The position numbers and the translations under genes were made by a program. A stretch of DNA of 64,000 bases. Source: Octopus vulgaris. Taxonomy: Eukaryota. The stretch is taken from the NCBI GenBank assembly GCA_951406725.2, contig OX597826.1:4340001-4404000 (forward strand). Direction: 5' to 3'. The notes under the pieces were generated by a model that was given only the letters and a program-made list of their open reading frames with translations, searched no databases and had not been told where the DNA came from. Of the stretch, positions 27,802-41,260 are shown piece by piece; the stretch's first letter is position 1, and every line of letters begins with the position of its first letter.

Positions 27802-28204
27802 AGGCGCAAAAGTAGTTGGGTAGTAAGTAGTGTGCTTACCAACTATATGGTTTCGGGTTCAGTCCCACTACGTGGCACCTTGGGTAAGTGTCTACTATAG
27901 CCTCGGGCCAACCAATGATTTGTGAGCGGATTTGGTAGACGGAAACTGAAAGAAGCCCATCGTATACATATATATACATACACACACACACACACACACA
28001 CAGATATATGTATGTGTGTATGTGTACCTGTGTTTGTACCCCCCAACATCGCTTGACAACCGGTGCTGGTGTATTTACAAAAGAGATCGATTGAATAAGT
28101 ACTAAGCTTACAAAGAATATGTCCTGGGATCGATTTGCTCGACTAAAGGCGGTGCTCCAGCATGGCCGCAGTCAAGTGACTGAACGAATTAAAAGAATAA
28201 AAGA
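27802..28204 (+). mobile_element. SINE family B, near full length
   Basis: AGGCGC head; GGTTCAGTCCCACTACGTGGCACCTTGGGTAAGTGTC; ends CAGCATGGCCGCAGTCAAGTGACTGAACGAATTAAAAGAATAAAAG. Confidence 0.9.
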
Positions 28205-28279
28205 ATATATTTATATGTTTGTGAGTGCGTATAAATATATATGTATATATTGCATACACATGTATATATGTATATATAT

Positions 28280-28321
<42 letters not shown>

Positions 28322-28658
28322 GCACACAAACACACATATACACGCGCGCGCGGATATATAAATGTATTTGTGTGTGTAACAAACGCGCGGACGCGTAAGG
28401 GCAGAAAAGGCAGAAACAGATAGAAGATAAAACAAACGAAAATTGAATCCTCATCAGCTACCGTGCTAAGAATTCGCGGTTTCGATACCCACTCATACAT
28501 ACACATACATCAACGTATAATAGCTAGTTTGTTTGTCTATCTATATATTTTCTTTCTTTTATCACATCATATATCTTTGCATCGATTTCTCTTTTCTTCT
28601 ACACACGCTCACTAACTTCTGTATAATTTTAATATTTAAATTAGTTTCTTTGTCTGTG

Positions 28659-28695
<37 letters not shown>

Positions 28696-28990
28696 AAATC
28701 TATATAATTATCTATCTATCTACCTATCTATCTGTCTGTCTGTATACTTGTCTTTCTATCTATCTATCTATCTATTCATTATTCTTCTGTGAGTTTCACT
28801 TTCAAATGTAAGACATCTATCATCATCAACATCATATCTCACAATAAGATTACCACCACCAACATCATCATCATCATCATCATCAAATTCAACCTGTTTT
28901 TTATTACAGTCCTTGCTCGTATTGTTCTTGTCACAAATGCTGCCGAGTTTACCGTTTGCTACTTATCAAGTTGTCGACACCATTATTCAT

Positions 28991-29041
<51 letters not shown>

Positions 29042-29671
29042 ATGGTGGTGGTGGTGGTGGCGGTTTTTTTTTTCTGACAGGGTCTGGTGGTAATAGTCCA
29101 AACAATAGTAGTGCTGTGCTGTTGTTAGTGACTCTGATAATGTTCATAGTGTTTTAATGTGTTCACAATAAAGCAACAGTCATACAAATATACACACATT
29201 AAAGAGAGAGAAAAAAATAGAATAGAAACAAAGGCGAGAGAGAGAGAGAGTGAGTGAGAGGTCAATTATTGCATTATAATGACGGCTGGATGTATCATGC
29301 TGACAGAACGATGTGTCATACTTATATAACAAACTCTTAATGCTTGTATTAACATCAGTTGTATAACGTAATGTTTTGTGCTGTAAATAGAACTATTAAT
29401 ACTTGGAGGCTGGTTGGATTGGACAGGGATGGGCTGGGCTGGGCTGGAATTGTGAGAGACTGGGATGGATTGGCAGAATCGATAAAGTGTTAAGCACTAA
29501 ATGTCTTCGTGTAAGTATTTAGCAACATCCGTTTCAGTTCTAGGTTCAAATCTCGCTGAGGGCAAAATTACTCTTTGATATGTCAAGGGAAAGCTTATAA
29601 GGGAAAATAAAAGTACAACAGTCCAGCAATGTTGCCATATTACATAGATATATGTATTCTATATTTCTCTC

Positions 29672-29718
<47 letters not shown>

Positions 29719-30542
29719 CTCTCCAGCTCAACTTAGGTTTTTCACACATACACACACACAGATACATGTATGTGCGCGCATGTTTTATTAAAACAGATGT
29801 TCCAACAAACAGCATTTAATTCTGTTTATTGTTCAGGAAACACCAGGAAACGTGTTCTGGAACGAAACTAATTGACTTTTGTCGAGCTCACTGTTTTTTG
29901 TTGTTTTTGTTTTTATTTTAATAAAACGTCGACAGTCAGTTTTAATACCTTAAGTATTTCATTCTAAGTGGCTTTAGCATGTACCTGAGAACAGGTAACA
30001 TCAGGATTTATTTATTTATATATATATATATATGTATACTCACAGAGGGAGGACAACTTATAATGTTTCATCGTAACGAATGGATAATTTAAATCCCTAC
30101 AAGTGGGAACGGATTAGGTTGTCATAAATCAAATTCTGGCATTTATACATAAGATAACACTTAGACCTGCGCTTGTGTGTGCGCACACACTCAAAACACA
30201 TTCATAGAAATACAAAGATAAATGTATCTATACAAGCACGTACTCACACACATATACAACTACATTTATATGCGTTTGAATATATATCGCGTATTTCTAG
30301 CATATATATTCATATATTCATTTGTATCCTTTGGGATAATTGCAAATGTAAGGGAGATATTCAAATTAATAAACAAGTAATAAAAATAGCTATAATTTAT
30401 GAATAGCTCTGTAGACAAGCGATTGGTATTCTTTGTCTGACGAAGCTCTAAGACGACTAGAAACTAGTCATTTGGAACCGGCTTTTTCTGACTGGGGTGA
30501 GATGTACTCTAAGGTGTAATCCCGTTGTTTAAGTCTCTAGGA

Positions 30543-30927
30543 CAGTATTTCTCAACCATTTTAACCATGCGTAACACTTAAAATACATTACATGTCTCAA
30601 GGAACCCCTATACAATAAAAAAGCTTATACCATAACTTCATATTTTTCATCGTAGTTCATGTGGTAAAAATCATATATATATATATATGGTATCCATAAA
30701 TTACAGACATCACTAAATATATCCCCAATGGTTGTTATATTTTTAGGATAATATAATAGCTTAGATAGGATGATATCTACATTACAATAACCAATGATAT
30801 GTTGCGCATGTATAGTAATATTACGGTCATGAAGTTAGCATTAACTTATCTCGCTCTGTCTCGTAGAACCCCTAGGAACATTTTGCAGAATCCTAGGGTT
30901 CCGGAGAACCCCGACTGAGAAACGCTG
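30543..30927. mobile_element. hAT (Charlie-like) MITE
   Basis: TIRs CAGTATTTCTCAAC / GACTGAGAAACGCTG, subterminal GAACCCC repeats, and flanks CTCTAGGA and TTCTATGT (a decayed 8-bp TSD resembling the NTCTAGAN Charlie target). Confidence 0.75.
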
Positions 30928-30989
30928 TTCTATGTAGTCGGGAGCAGACTCACGCTGTCTCTGCCCTGTTGTACTTGAGTCAGTGGAGC

Positions 30990-31172
30990 ATCGAGGATGT
31001 GTGAATGCGATTGCACTCCGCTGGTGCTCAGTTTCAGTTGAGACTGGACCAAATGAAACAAAAGGCTTTGGTCATGGAAACAGTATCCACCATACTCCGC
31101 CTGCTGCAAGTATTGAACGTTGGACCATTCAATCATGAGCAACAGGACAGTAACGACTAACCCACGTACCTC
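30990..31172 (-). mobile_element. Old, highly diverged family C-like SINE
   Basis: The reverse complement begins GGAGGTACGTGGGTTAGTCGTTA...GTTCAATAC, i.e. degenerate A and B boxes. Confidence 0.45.
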
Positions 31173-31467
31173 CGTAAACACGCTCACACAAATATGTTTA
31201 TAAAGTCAACAACGCTTGCATATGATTACATTAATGCTCATCTATACATCTCTTGTGTAACCTCATTCAACTGAAAATGTTCAACCTACTTTATTACATA
31301 CGATCGACCCGGCAGCATTTTATGATTAGTAAACCCAACGCTGCTCCGAGGTGTTGTGTGTGTGAGAAAGAGAAAATGAGAAGGAGAGAGAAGAGTGCAT
31401 GAGAGAGAGAGAGAGAGGGAGATTTGGAAGTGGGGCCACGTCTTACTTTTCACAAAATGTATGTGTT

Positions 31468-31617
31468 CATGTTCTGAGTTCAAACGCTGCCGGGGGTTAA
31501 CTTTGCCTCTCATCCTTTCGGGGTTGATAAATTAAATACCAGTTATGCGCTAGGGTCGATGTAATCGACCTTTCTCTTCCCCTAAAATATCAGGCCTTGT
31601 GCCTATAGCAGAAAGGA
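31468..31617 (+). mobile_element. SINE family A, 5'-truncated, tail type 2
   Basis: GTTCTGAGTTCAAACGCTGCC...CATCCTTTCGGGGTTGATAAATTAAATACCAG...CAGGCCTTGTGCCTATAGCAGAAAGG. Confidence 0.85.
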
Positions 31618-31737
31618 TATAGTGACATTCTGGAGAGAACAAGCAGCTTTCTCACATCACGCTTGTATGTGTTCCTGTACAAATACAAAATGACACACAC
31701 ACACACACACACAAATGCCTCTGTGCAGATATCTTGA

Positions 31738-32203
31738 TATGTATGTATGGTGGTTGTCTACGTATTCAGAGTCTGACCACTTCTTGTACCTACACCTTAG
31801 ATTTATCATGACGTCTAATGTACCTTTTTTAACCTGACAATGTACTGAAAAGACACCCACATGGATTGCATATACGATTTGGATCGCCAAAAGCTACAAG
31901 TCAAGTTCTGATCTTTGTGGATCTTAAAATGTCTTTTGAGGCCTCCGTTAGAATTGCAGACCTTACGGCACACACGACTTTAAAAGGTATGCACAGATAT
32001 TTAGGCAGAACAGTTGGTGGATGCTCGTTTTTCATGGGACCTTAAATGAGATTTTAGCCCAGCGAAAGAAAGCCTTTTCTGTCACAAACTGTGCACACAA
32101 AAAGGTCAATCAGATTCGCTTTTTCGATCGCAACATTCTTCTTTAAATCTCTCTTGAGTCTTGCTTATGGTATCCTGGCCTCATCAAACGCTTTCACTCC
32201 AAT
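31738..32203 (-). mobile_element. 3' end of an RTE-clade LINE: decayed ORF C-terminus with three C2H2 zinc fingers, stop codon and short 3' tail
   Basis: Minus-strand translation across stops and frameshifts: IGVKAFDEARIP*ARLKRDLKK (post-RT helix typical of RTE/BovB ORFs); FVCTVCDRK/SFAGLKSHLRSH; F*SRVCRKVCNSNGGLKRHFKIH; ICNPCGCLFSTLSG*KRYIRRH; then DKSKV* (TAG at 31790-31792), a ~45-nt UTR and a (CATA)n tail. Confidence 0.82.
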
Positions 32204-32449
32204 ACACACACACACACACACTACACACACACAAATGTATTAGTGCCAGAAAGAAATGTTAAACGCTCTACATACTACTGCGTGAGGGAAAAACCATATA
32301 TAAAAAGTTACGTGTGATAACTCGGTAAAATAGTACATGGCATATAGTGTACTGTCCTCTGTCTGTCTCTCTCTTATTTTCTCCCTCTCACACTCACTCT
32401 CATGTATATTAATTCGATGTACATATGTGAAACTGAATGAGAGAGAAGA

Positions 32450-32498
<49 letters not shown>

Positions 32499-32961
32499 AC
32501 ACATACACACACACACATATATATATATCACAAAAAGGAGTGAAGGGGGACAAATATATATCGATCGAGGTGTGAGGTGGGTAGTTTAAGGTTTGTAAGA
32601 AATTAAAGGTCAGAGAAATGAAATATCAGGAGTTATTGCAAGAAAGAAAAGTTTGTGTATTGGAAACAACGTCTCAGAAGATTACAGAAACTCACACACG
32701 TATAATACACAAACATAATTCTTTCAGAGCATATGTGTACGCGCTCTTATTATATGTGAGAGTGTTTTATAATTATGAAGGTTGGGAATATTAGCTGCAA
32801 GAATTATCTACCAGTGTAGGATCAAGTACTGCATGACTATCTTCGAATTTTCCCGGGCAATGGGCTTGTTACATTGCCTAACTACGCTACTGCCTGCGGA
32901 ATTTCGAAGATATTATCAATAATATGCATACATACATGCATACATACATATATATATATAT

Positions 32962-33348
32962 AGGCGTAGGAGTGGCTGTGTGGTAAGTAGCTTGCTTACC
33001 AACCACATGGTTCCGGGTTCAGTCCCACTGCGTGGCACCTTGGGCAAGTGTCTTCTATAGAAGCCTTGTGAGTGGATTTGGTAGACGGAAACTGAAAGAA
33101 GCCCGTCGTATATATATGTATATATATATATGTATGTGTGTATATGTTTGTGTTTGTCCCCCCCAACATCGCTTGACAACCGATGCTGGTATGTTTACGT
33201 CCCCGTATCTTAGCGGTTCGGCAAAACGGACCGATAGAATAAGTACTAGGCTTACAAAGAATAAGTCCTGGGGTCGATTTGATCGACTAAAAAGGTGGTG
33301 CTCCATCATGGCCACAGTCAAATGACTGAAACAATTAAAAGGAAAAGA
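32962..33348 (+). mobile_element. SINE family B, full length with a small internal deletion
   Basis: AGGCGTAGGAGTGGCTGTGTGGTAAG (A box), GGTTCAGTCC (B box), CORE-like ACCTTGGGCAAGTG, internal microsatellite, 3' GACTGAAACAATTAAAAGG. Confidence 0.93.
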
Positions 33349-33462
33349 GATGTATGAGATAGTGAAAGACATATGTTTGTGTGTGTACGTGTTTGTTGGT
33401 ATGTATATATACATATACATATATATGTGTGTGTATATGTTTGTGTGTATATATGTTTGTGA

Positions 33463-33464
<2 letters not shown>

Positions 33465-33511
<47 letters not shown>

Positions 33512-33557
33512 TGTGTGTGTGTATATGTTTGTGTGAATATATATATGTTAGTGTATG

Positions 33558-33614
<57 letters not shown>

Positions 33615-33877
33615 ATACATATATGCTTATGTATATATATGTATGTATACATATATGCTTATGTATATATATGTATGTATACATATATGCTTATGTATAT
33701 ATATGTATGTATACATATATATATGTATATATATGTATGTATGTATACATATATATATGTATATATATGTATGTATGTATACATATATATATGTATATAT
33801 ATGTATGTATGTATACATATATATATGTATATATATGTATGTATATATGTATATATATATGTATATATATGTATGTA

Positions 33878-33919
<42 letters not shown>

Positions 33920-33945
33920 ATATATGTGTGTATGTGTATGTACTT
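33465..33945. repeat. Compound (AT)/(ATGT) minisatellite with 30-bp units (ATACATATATGCTTATGTATATATATGTATGT-like)
   Basis: Directly visible; three GCTT-marked units at ~33615-33700. Confidence 0.93.
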
Positions 33946-34751
33946 ACGTGTACTGTTGTGTATATGCTGTAAATTATAGGGAATATATAAAATGTATTCT
34001 ACGCAAACTTTATTTGATATGATATAGAACTCAATACGCAGGGTAAAGTCCATAAGTATGTTCATTATATCAATAATTTACGGACCGTACAGAGCCTTTC
34101 CGCAGGTTCGAATGCGATGTGTGTGTTTAATGTATACATACACCCAAACCGGCGATGTGTAATCTTTTTTAATTTCTTTCCTTTTCTATTCGGTATGTTG
34201 GATTTAAAGGAAAGACCACATCAGCCCCTGCACCACCATTTCTTAAGCCTATTTCCCCTTCTATTCCATTTAGTCTGACCAACAATGCCACACACAACCG
34301 ACACTATATTATTTTATGATTTCACGACTCTGCCAGAAAAGAATGAGATAGAGGAACGGATAGAAGACAGCGTTTGTTCCTTCTTCAGCCAAAATCAAGA
34401 AAATTCCTTCATTCCTTCTATATCATTCCCTTCTATATTCTACTCGGCTTTATTGTTTCATTCTTTCCTTCCCATACTTATAGGGGGCCAAACGTCTGTC
34501 TCTCTTTCCTTCGCTCTTTCTTATTTATGTTCTTTCTGTCGTTCCTTCTTTCTTCCATTTTAACTTTTATTTCCTTCTTTTTCTTTGTTGTTTTTGTATG
34601 TACTAAAATTTTCTCTCCAACACTGTATCTATCCTTTCTGACCCTTCATATACACACATGCATTATCATACATACATACACACATATATACATATATACG
34701 CACATGCATAGATATATATATACATATATGCATACGTACATAGACACACAA

Positions 34752-34804
<53 letters not shown>

Positions 34805-34896
34805 TGCACATACATAGACACAGACATACATACATACATATGCGCACACATACATATATACACATAAATACACACATATACATACATATATATATA

Positions 34897-34928
<32 letters not shown>

Positions 34929-35173
34929 CAAGATACATATATAGGGTAGTGAATATTCGTTATAAATATCACCACCAGTGGCCTAGCATGTATAAATAGC
35001 CAATAGACAACTTATTCAAAATTTAAAATAGTGTACATTTAAACACAAAAGAAATTATCCTTTAACAGGTAATTTTACATGCTAGAAGAAGCAGCCAACA
35101 CGGCCAAAACCACGATTTAATAGCAATTTTCGAAGGAATGAAAAGTAAAAACTTTTACCCAGTTATTTTTTTT

Positions 35174-35259
<86 letters not shown>

Positions 35260-35934
35260 AACGCGTGTATCTTTACATCTAACGGTATATCTATTCATAT
35301 ATCTATCTACCGGTTGTTGTAACTATGGCTTATTCGTCCCGGCACCCGTTTTTCTCCTCCCTTCTTCAATTCATTTTTCCTTATTTCACATGTTTTCCAT
35401 AGTATGGAATCACATTATTCGCCCTCTCCCTCGCTTTCATCTTCTCGCATTGTATTCGTCCCTAGTCATTCCTTATTTCTTCTTGTCTTCAATTTTTTTC
35501 CCGTTCCTTCTTCTCCCGGCAATTTGCAGCCCAAGCTTTTTGCCATCAACTCATCGCTACGTTTTTCTTTCTATCTTTCGTGACCACATTCTTTTATTTA
35601 ATATTTGGTGTTTAATATTTTTGTAAATGTGCTTCAATAGTTTGCCTCAGCCGCCACTTCGATGTTCCTTTTCTACATTTTATCACAGAATCGCCTGCAG
35701 TTTCTCCTATTGCTTGTTACATTTTTTTCGTTTATGCCACACACTCACCCATATATAATATATATATATATTTGTGTATGTGTGTGTCTGTGTTTAAAGA
35801 GGGAAAAAGCGACTCGTAACCTGCTTGAAGATCCTGTATACCCTCGGGCAAAACTCAGAGTTGCAATAGAGTGACTCGACCAAAATGAAAATATCATTAA
35901 TCGCTACTATTGTATTCAGTACATTCAACAACGC

Positions 35935-35969
<35 letters not shown>

Positions 35970-35972
<3 letters not shown>

Positions 35973-36140
35973 TTTTCTTTTCCTTTTTTTCTTTTTTCCT
36001 TTTTTTTTGTTCTTTTTTCCCTTTTACGATCCCTTTTGATCGAAAACCTACGCCATCTCTTTTTTTTTCTCCCCCCAAAGAAAAGCTCTACCTTGTAACT
36101 TGTCCCATCTGTGTGCAGCCCTGTGTGGCCAATAAAGAAA
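35970..36140 (+). mobile_element. Orphan retroelement 3' terminus (probable LINE 3' UTR end) inserted in an (ATCT)n/(ATCC)n tract
   Basis: A T-rich stretch, then CCTTGTAACTTGTCCCATCTGTGTGCAGCCCTGTGTGGCCAATAAAGAAA, homologous to the family A type-1 tail but lacking any SINE head; GATA-type repeats on both sides. Confidence 0.6.
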
Positions 36141-36207
36141 CTTATCCATCCATCCATCCATCCATCCATCCATCCATCCATCCATCTATCCATCTATCTA
36201 TCTATCC

Positions 36208-36256
<49 letters not shown>

Positions 36257-36871
36257 AAGATACATGCATCCACACACGCACACATATCCATACATAAAAT
36301 GTTCTTAGCCATTCGTCTATTCCTGTTTGTGCTTGCATTCATTCGATCTTTTATTCCAACATTATACTATCTTCATTAGTTTTCATTTGTACTTTTTAAA
36401 ATACCAACTATCTTTGCACTTAGTTATATCATACAACCTTCCAAGCTACATATCTATCTATCCATCTATCGGTATATGTGCGTGTGTAAGCATGCATACA
36501 TACATACATACATACATATACATATACATATATATATATATATGGTGCGTGTGTGTGTTGTTACTTGCATATCTGCATATGCACCTAAATCTATATATAA
36601 TCCATAAATAGTGATCTGTATAACAAGCGAACGAAGATTTATATTCGTGGAGGCACAACCCTTCCAGTTGTACAAACCAAATGTCCAGCAAAATTTATAC
36701 ATTACTGCCTTAAAACTAGGAAGGCATACATAATATGCAGTCCTACATCTGTGCGTGTAGGTGTGCGCGCCCGTGTATATGTGTGTGTGTGTGTACAATA
36801 TAGTCAAAATCTTTGTCAACGACTAAACAGATACTGTAATACACACAAACTCTTGTATCTCTATGTCTCTT

Positions 36872-36903
<32 letters not shown>

Positions 36904-37415
36904 AAGATATAGATAGATAGATAGACAGATAGTTAGACAGATAGATAGACAGATACATAGATAGATGGATAGATAGATGGATAGATAGAAAGATAGATAG
37001 ATAGATAGATAGTTAGATAGATATAGATAGACAGACAGATAGATAGATAGATAACGGGGTAACGTTTCGAAGCAAAGTTGTGTGTGTGTGTGTGTGTTAC
37101 GCGCGCACATTTTCTTACATTTTTCTGTCACATCCCTAGCGATAACTACTAGATCTGTGAACAAGAAATTGAAAATGTCGCCAACTACCGTTGCCGCTAC
37201 CACGAACACCGCCGCCGACTCCTCCGCCACCACCACCACTACTATCATTGCCATCGTTATCGTCGTCGTCGTAATCATCATCATCATCATCGTCACCAGC
37301 ATCACATTCTTCACTACTACTGCTGTAAGACGACCAACTACTACATTCTGTAGATGGCGTTGAAGTCATACATTTATTTAGATTTCTTGTCAACGTTTAA
37401 CTACATAGATTCACG

Positions 37416-37447
<32 letters not shown>

Positions 37448-37669
37448 CATACATGCATACAGACATACATACATATAGGCACATAGTCACAAACACATAC
37501 GCACGCGCATACATAAGCCCATACATACACAGAAATACGCGCTTGCAAGCATATACACATACATACGCATGTAACTGTGCTGGTATACATACATACAAAA
37601 TGTATATATTCTATATACATATGAGATAGATGCATACACTCGTACTTATTGATGCACGCGTATACATCC

Positions 37670-37700
<31 letters not shown>

Positions 37701-38125
37701 TATATGTTTGTGTGTGTGTATATATATGTATACACAAACACATAATTACAAAGATATATATACACACACTTGCACGTGTATACATACACATGCACTCATG
37801 TTTGCTTACATACATACATACATACAAAATGCAATATATTTTATATACATATATGACATAAACGCGTGCATACATATACGCATACTTACAAATAGATGCA
37901 CGCGTCTATAGATAAATATATATATATATATATATAATAGAAACATACATACGAACATGATTGCAAAGATATATATACAGACACACATACTTGCGTACAT
38001 AAAAATATATTAGAATATACACCCTTGCACGTACATACACGTACATATATGTGTATTTGTGCTTGCATACATGCATACACTTGTACTCATAGATGCACGT
38101 ATACATACATACATACATACATACA

Positions 38126-38156
<31 letters not shown>

Positions 38157-38665
38157 GTGTGTGTGTGTGTATGTATGTATGTATATATATATAAATCTAG
38201 TAATCTATATACGTACATAATTACAAGCACACCACACGCATACGTACATAAGAATATGCACTTGCAAGCATACAAACATACATGTACACATACATACATA
38301 CATATATACAGAATGCATACATACGCGCATCTGTACTTATATGCACATTCATACGTGCACATATATGCATGCAAAAGGAAAGTGCTTCGAAAGGAAAAAA
38401 ATATCTATTTTATCTTTTGATTGCTGTCGTCATCATCATCATCATCAACACCACTATCATAGTCATCATTACCATCTATTTTTTTTTTGTATTTATTCAA
38501 ATATACTACAGCTACTACTACTACTACTGCTGCTGCTGCTCCAGTTGCTGCTGCTGGTTTTTCGGCTGCTGCTGCCGCTGCCGCTGCTGCTACTGCCAGT
38601 GCTGTCATCACTAGCATCACAAAACGAAACGAGGAAACTAGTCGACGGAAGTATCAGGAAGCCAA

Positions 38666-38820
38666 GCCGACTAGGGGAACTTGCTAGAAATAGCTGATAA
38701 ACGTCCCTCAAATCGTAACCCCCTACTGCATTGAATAAAAGAAGCACATGAGATAAAGTAGTCCTATATTGCTCTAAGAATGGTGAGAATGTCACGGCTG
38801 GAAGGCCTTTCATGATAGCT
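38666..38820 (+). mobile_element. Old SINE-like family D fragment
   Basis: TGCTAGAAATAGC...CCCTCAAATC...GTCACGGCTGGAAGGCCTT. Related degenerate pieces recur at ~13110-13260(-), 14680(+), 19965-20048(+), 40085-40260(-), 49215-49410(-) and 56680(+). Confidence 0.55.
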
Positions 38821-39564
38821 GTGCACAATTAGACCCACCACTGCCACCACCACCTGATGATGATAAACAATATCAGCTACAACTCTTTAACACTCCAGCG
38901 CCACAACTCTCCTCTCACTTATGTCCCCTTAGAACGGCGGCAGCGGCACCTACTACTATTACTACTACCGCCAACACCACCACCGCCTTGACCGTGGGAT
39001 GTCGCGCACGCGCGCGTGTGTGGAAGGTTTGAGTGTCACAAAATTTTGAAATCTCTATGCTTATCCTGCCATAGATTTCTACCGAAAACCCTTCTTTCGG
39101 ATTAGTCTGTTTGTGAAGCTCTAAGCTGTGTAAAATCGTATCACCGTTCTCTCTCACTCTCTCTCTGACGCACGCACGCACACACACATACACACACACA
39201 AAACTTGATGACTTTTTAGCTTACCCTATGAATTATTTATCTAAATAATTTCGCAAATATAGTCAACAGGTAGGTACTCATATCACTGAGAGTGGTATGA
39301 CTACCTGTAATAAAATACATCGTTGCCGACAGAGCCTGCATATGTCCACTTATTGAAAACTGTAGTGTGTGATTTTAGTCGCTTTTGGCTGTTATTTCTA
39401 ACATCGCAAAGAGCCGTGTAGAATTCTCTGTTTGTTACCTCATTTCGTTTAACGAGTATCCACGGTCTAGGCATCTCTTAGTCATATTTAAAACGGTATT
39501 GTGTGGCTATGTTGTGTTCAGCCTTTGTTTCTAACGGGTCGAGAGACCTTGTTGGATGCCCCAC

Positions 39565-39890
39565 GTGGCATGGTGGCTTCGGGTCCAGTCCCACAGCCGG
39601 AACTTTGAGCAATTGTCTTCTATTATAGCCACAAGTCGACCAATGCCTTCTGTGAATGAATTTGATAGAAAATGTGTGGAAGCCATCGCATATATGTGTG
39701 TGTATGTTGACAATCAGCCTTGGTTTGTTTACGTCCCTGTAATTCAACGGTTCGGCAAAAAAAAAAAGAAAGTGATAAAATAAATATCAGACTTAAAAAT
39801 AAGTTCTGCGATCGTTTTGATCGACTAAGCCCATCAAAGTGGTGCTCCAAAATGGGCGCCATCCAATGATTGAAACCGGTAAGAGAATAA
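39565..39890 (+). mobile_element. SINE family B, diverged
   Basis: GGGTCCAGTCCCACAG...TTTACGTCCCTGTAATTCAACGGTTCGGCAAAA...GGTGCTCC. Confidence 0.75.
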
Positions 39891-40849
39891 CTGATTGTTG
39901 ATATTTTTTTACATCTAAGTCAACCCTCATATAACAAATCTATCACCAAATAAGGCATTGTTGCAATGTTGCCCATTATTAAGTTTATGTACGTCTGCAT
40001 ATCTTTAAGACTGCAGGTTTTGAATGGAGGGACACTGAGCTACCATTAGAGTACAGAAACGAATTATAGATTATCACGCTTCTTCTTGTTTAGCTTCTGG
40101 CCAATTCTAGTTGAGCAAACTTTTGACCACATACATTACAGCCAAATCTGCCCCATCCTTTTCTATATCAGCGAGTACATTTGCACAATATGTCGCTCAT
40201 TTTGGAAACAACAGGGTTTGAATTTATGGATTTGTGGCAGCTATTTCTAGCATATTCAGTGACCTGATAAAACGTTTGTTTTTGTTGGTATTTACCTGTA
40301 TATCAATCGTACCGAGAAGATAGATCTATGATAAAGAAACACTTCTGTTATGGCCATTCAGTCTTCTAGTATAAGTAAAATAACAACATAACATTAACTC
40401 GTGTGTAATTCATTTCTTTGAGAAGATTAGTTTTTGTGGTTGCTGTTTTAGCAAGACGAGGGGCCATGTGGAAACCCTTTCCACGACTCGATCATATCAT
40501 GGGTAAAATGAAAGAGCTGAGAATGTATATGCGCACACCTTTGCCAGTAAGTGTAGTATGTATTGTAATAAATTTACGAGGCAAATCACAAGGGAAATTG
40601 AGAATTTATTAAGTTATTAATTGTATTTATTTATTGCTAATCCCATTTCCCCACTTTTTTCAGTCTTCAAATTACCATCGACATGGGGGTTTTCCTTTCT
40701 CTGTTCTGGGACCGATGAAATATTTTCCAATACGACTCATCGATGTTTATTATCCACTGCTACAAGTAGAAACTCGTAACCGTGTGCCCTTGTTAATATT
40801 TCTTTTCAGTTTGCAGAATTGCTACACGGCTGGGAAAGAAAATACTTCG

Positions 40850-41235
40850 CATATTTATTGAGCTCTTTACATTATGGGATCAAATCCTGCCGATGTCAAC
40901 TTAGACTTTTTCCCCTTTCAGCGGGAGCGGGTTATTAGGAGTTGATAAAATTAAGTGTCGATGGTATAAATCCTCTCCCCTCAAAATTTGTTGACATTGT
41001 GCCTAAATCCGAAACATTATTATTATTATCAAGGCGGCAGGATCGTTAGCACGCCGGGCGAAATGTTTAGCGGTATTTCACTGTCGCTACGTTCTGAGTT
41101 CAAATTCCGCCGAGGTCGATTTTGGCTTACATACTTTCAGGGCCGATAGAATAAGTACCGGTTGAACTGGGGTCGATGTAATCGACTCATTCCCTCCCCT
41201 AAAATTTCTGCACTTGTGGCAAAATTTGAAGCCAT
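40850..41235 (+). mobile_element. Two head-to-tail family A SINEs (decayed copy ~40850-41015; intact tail-3 copy 41032-41235)
   Basis: Second copy GGCGGCAGGATCGTTAGCACGCCGGGCG...CTTGTGGCAAAATTTGAAGCC; each copy is followed by (ATT)n. Confidence 0.85.
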
Positions 41236-41260
41236 TATTATTATTATTATTATTATTATT

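Noticed and set aside
37082-37363. ORF resembling a Thr-rich stalk plus transmembrane helix
   Set aside because: It is built from (ACC)n/(GTC)n/(ATC)n triplet repeats that give low-complexity peptides in every frame. The same applies to 38341-38697 and 28789-29157.
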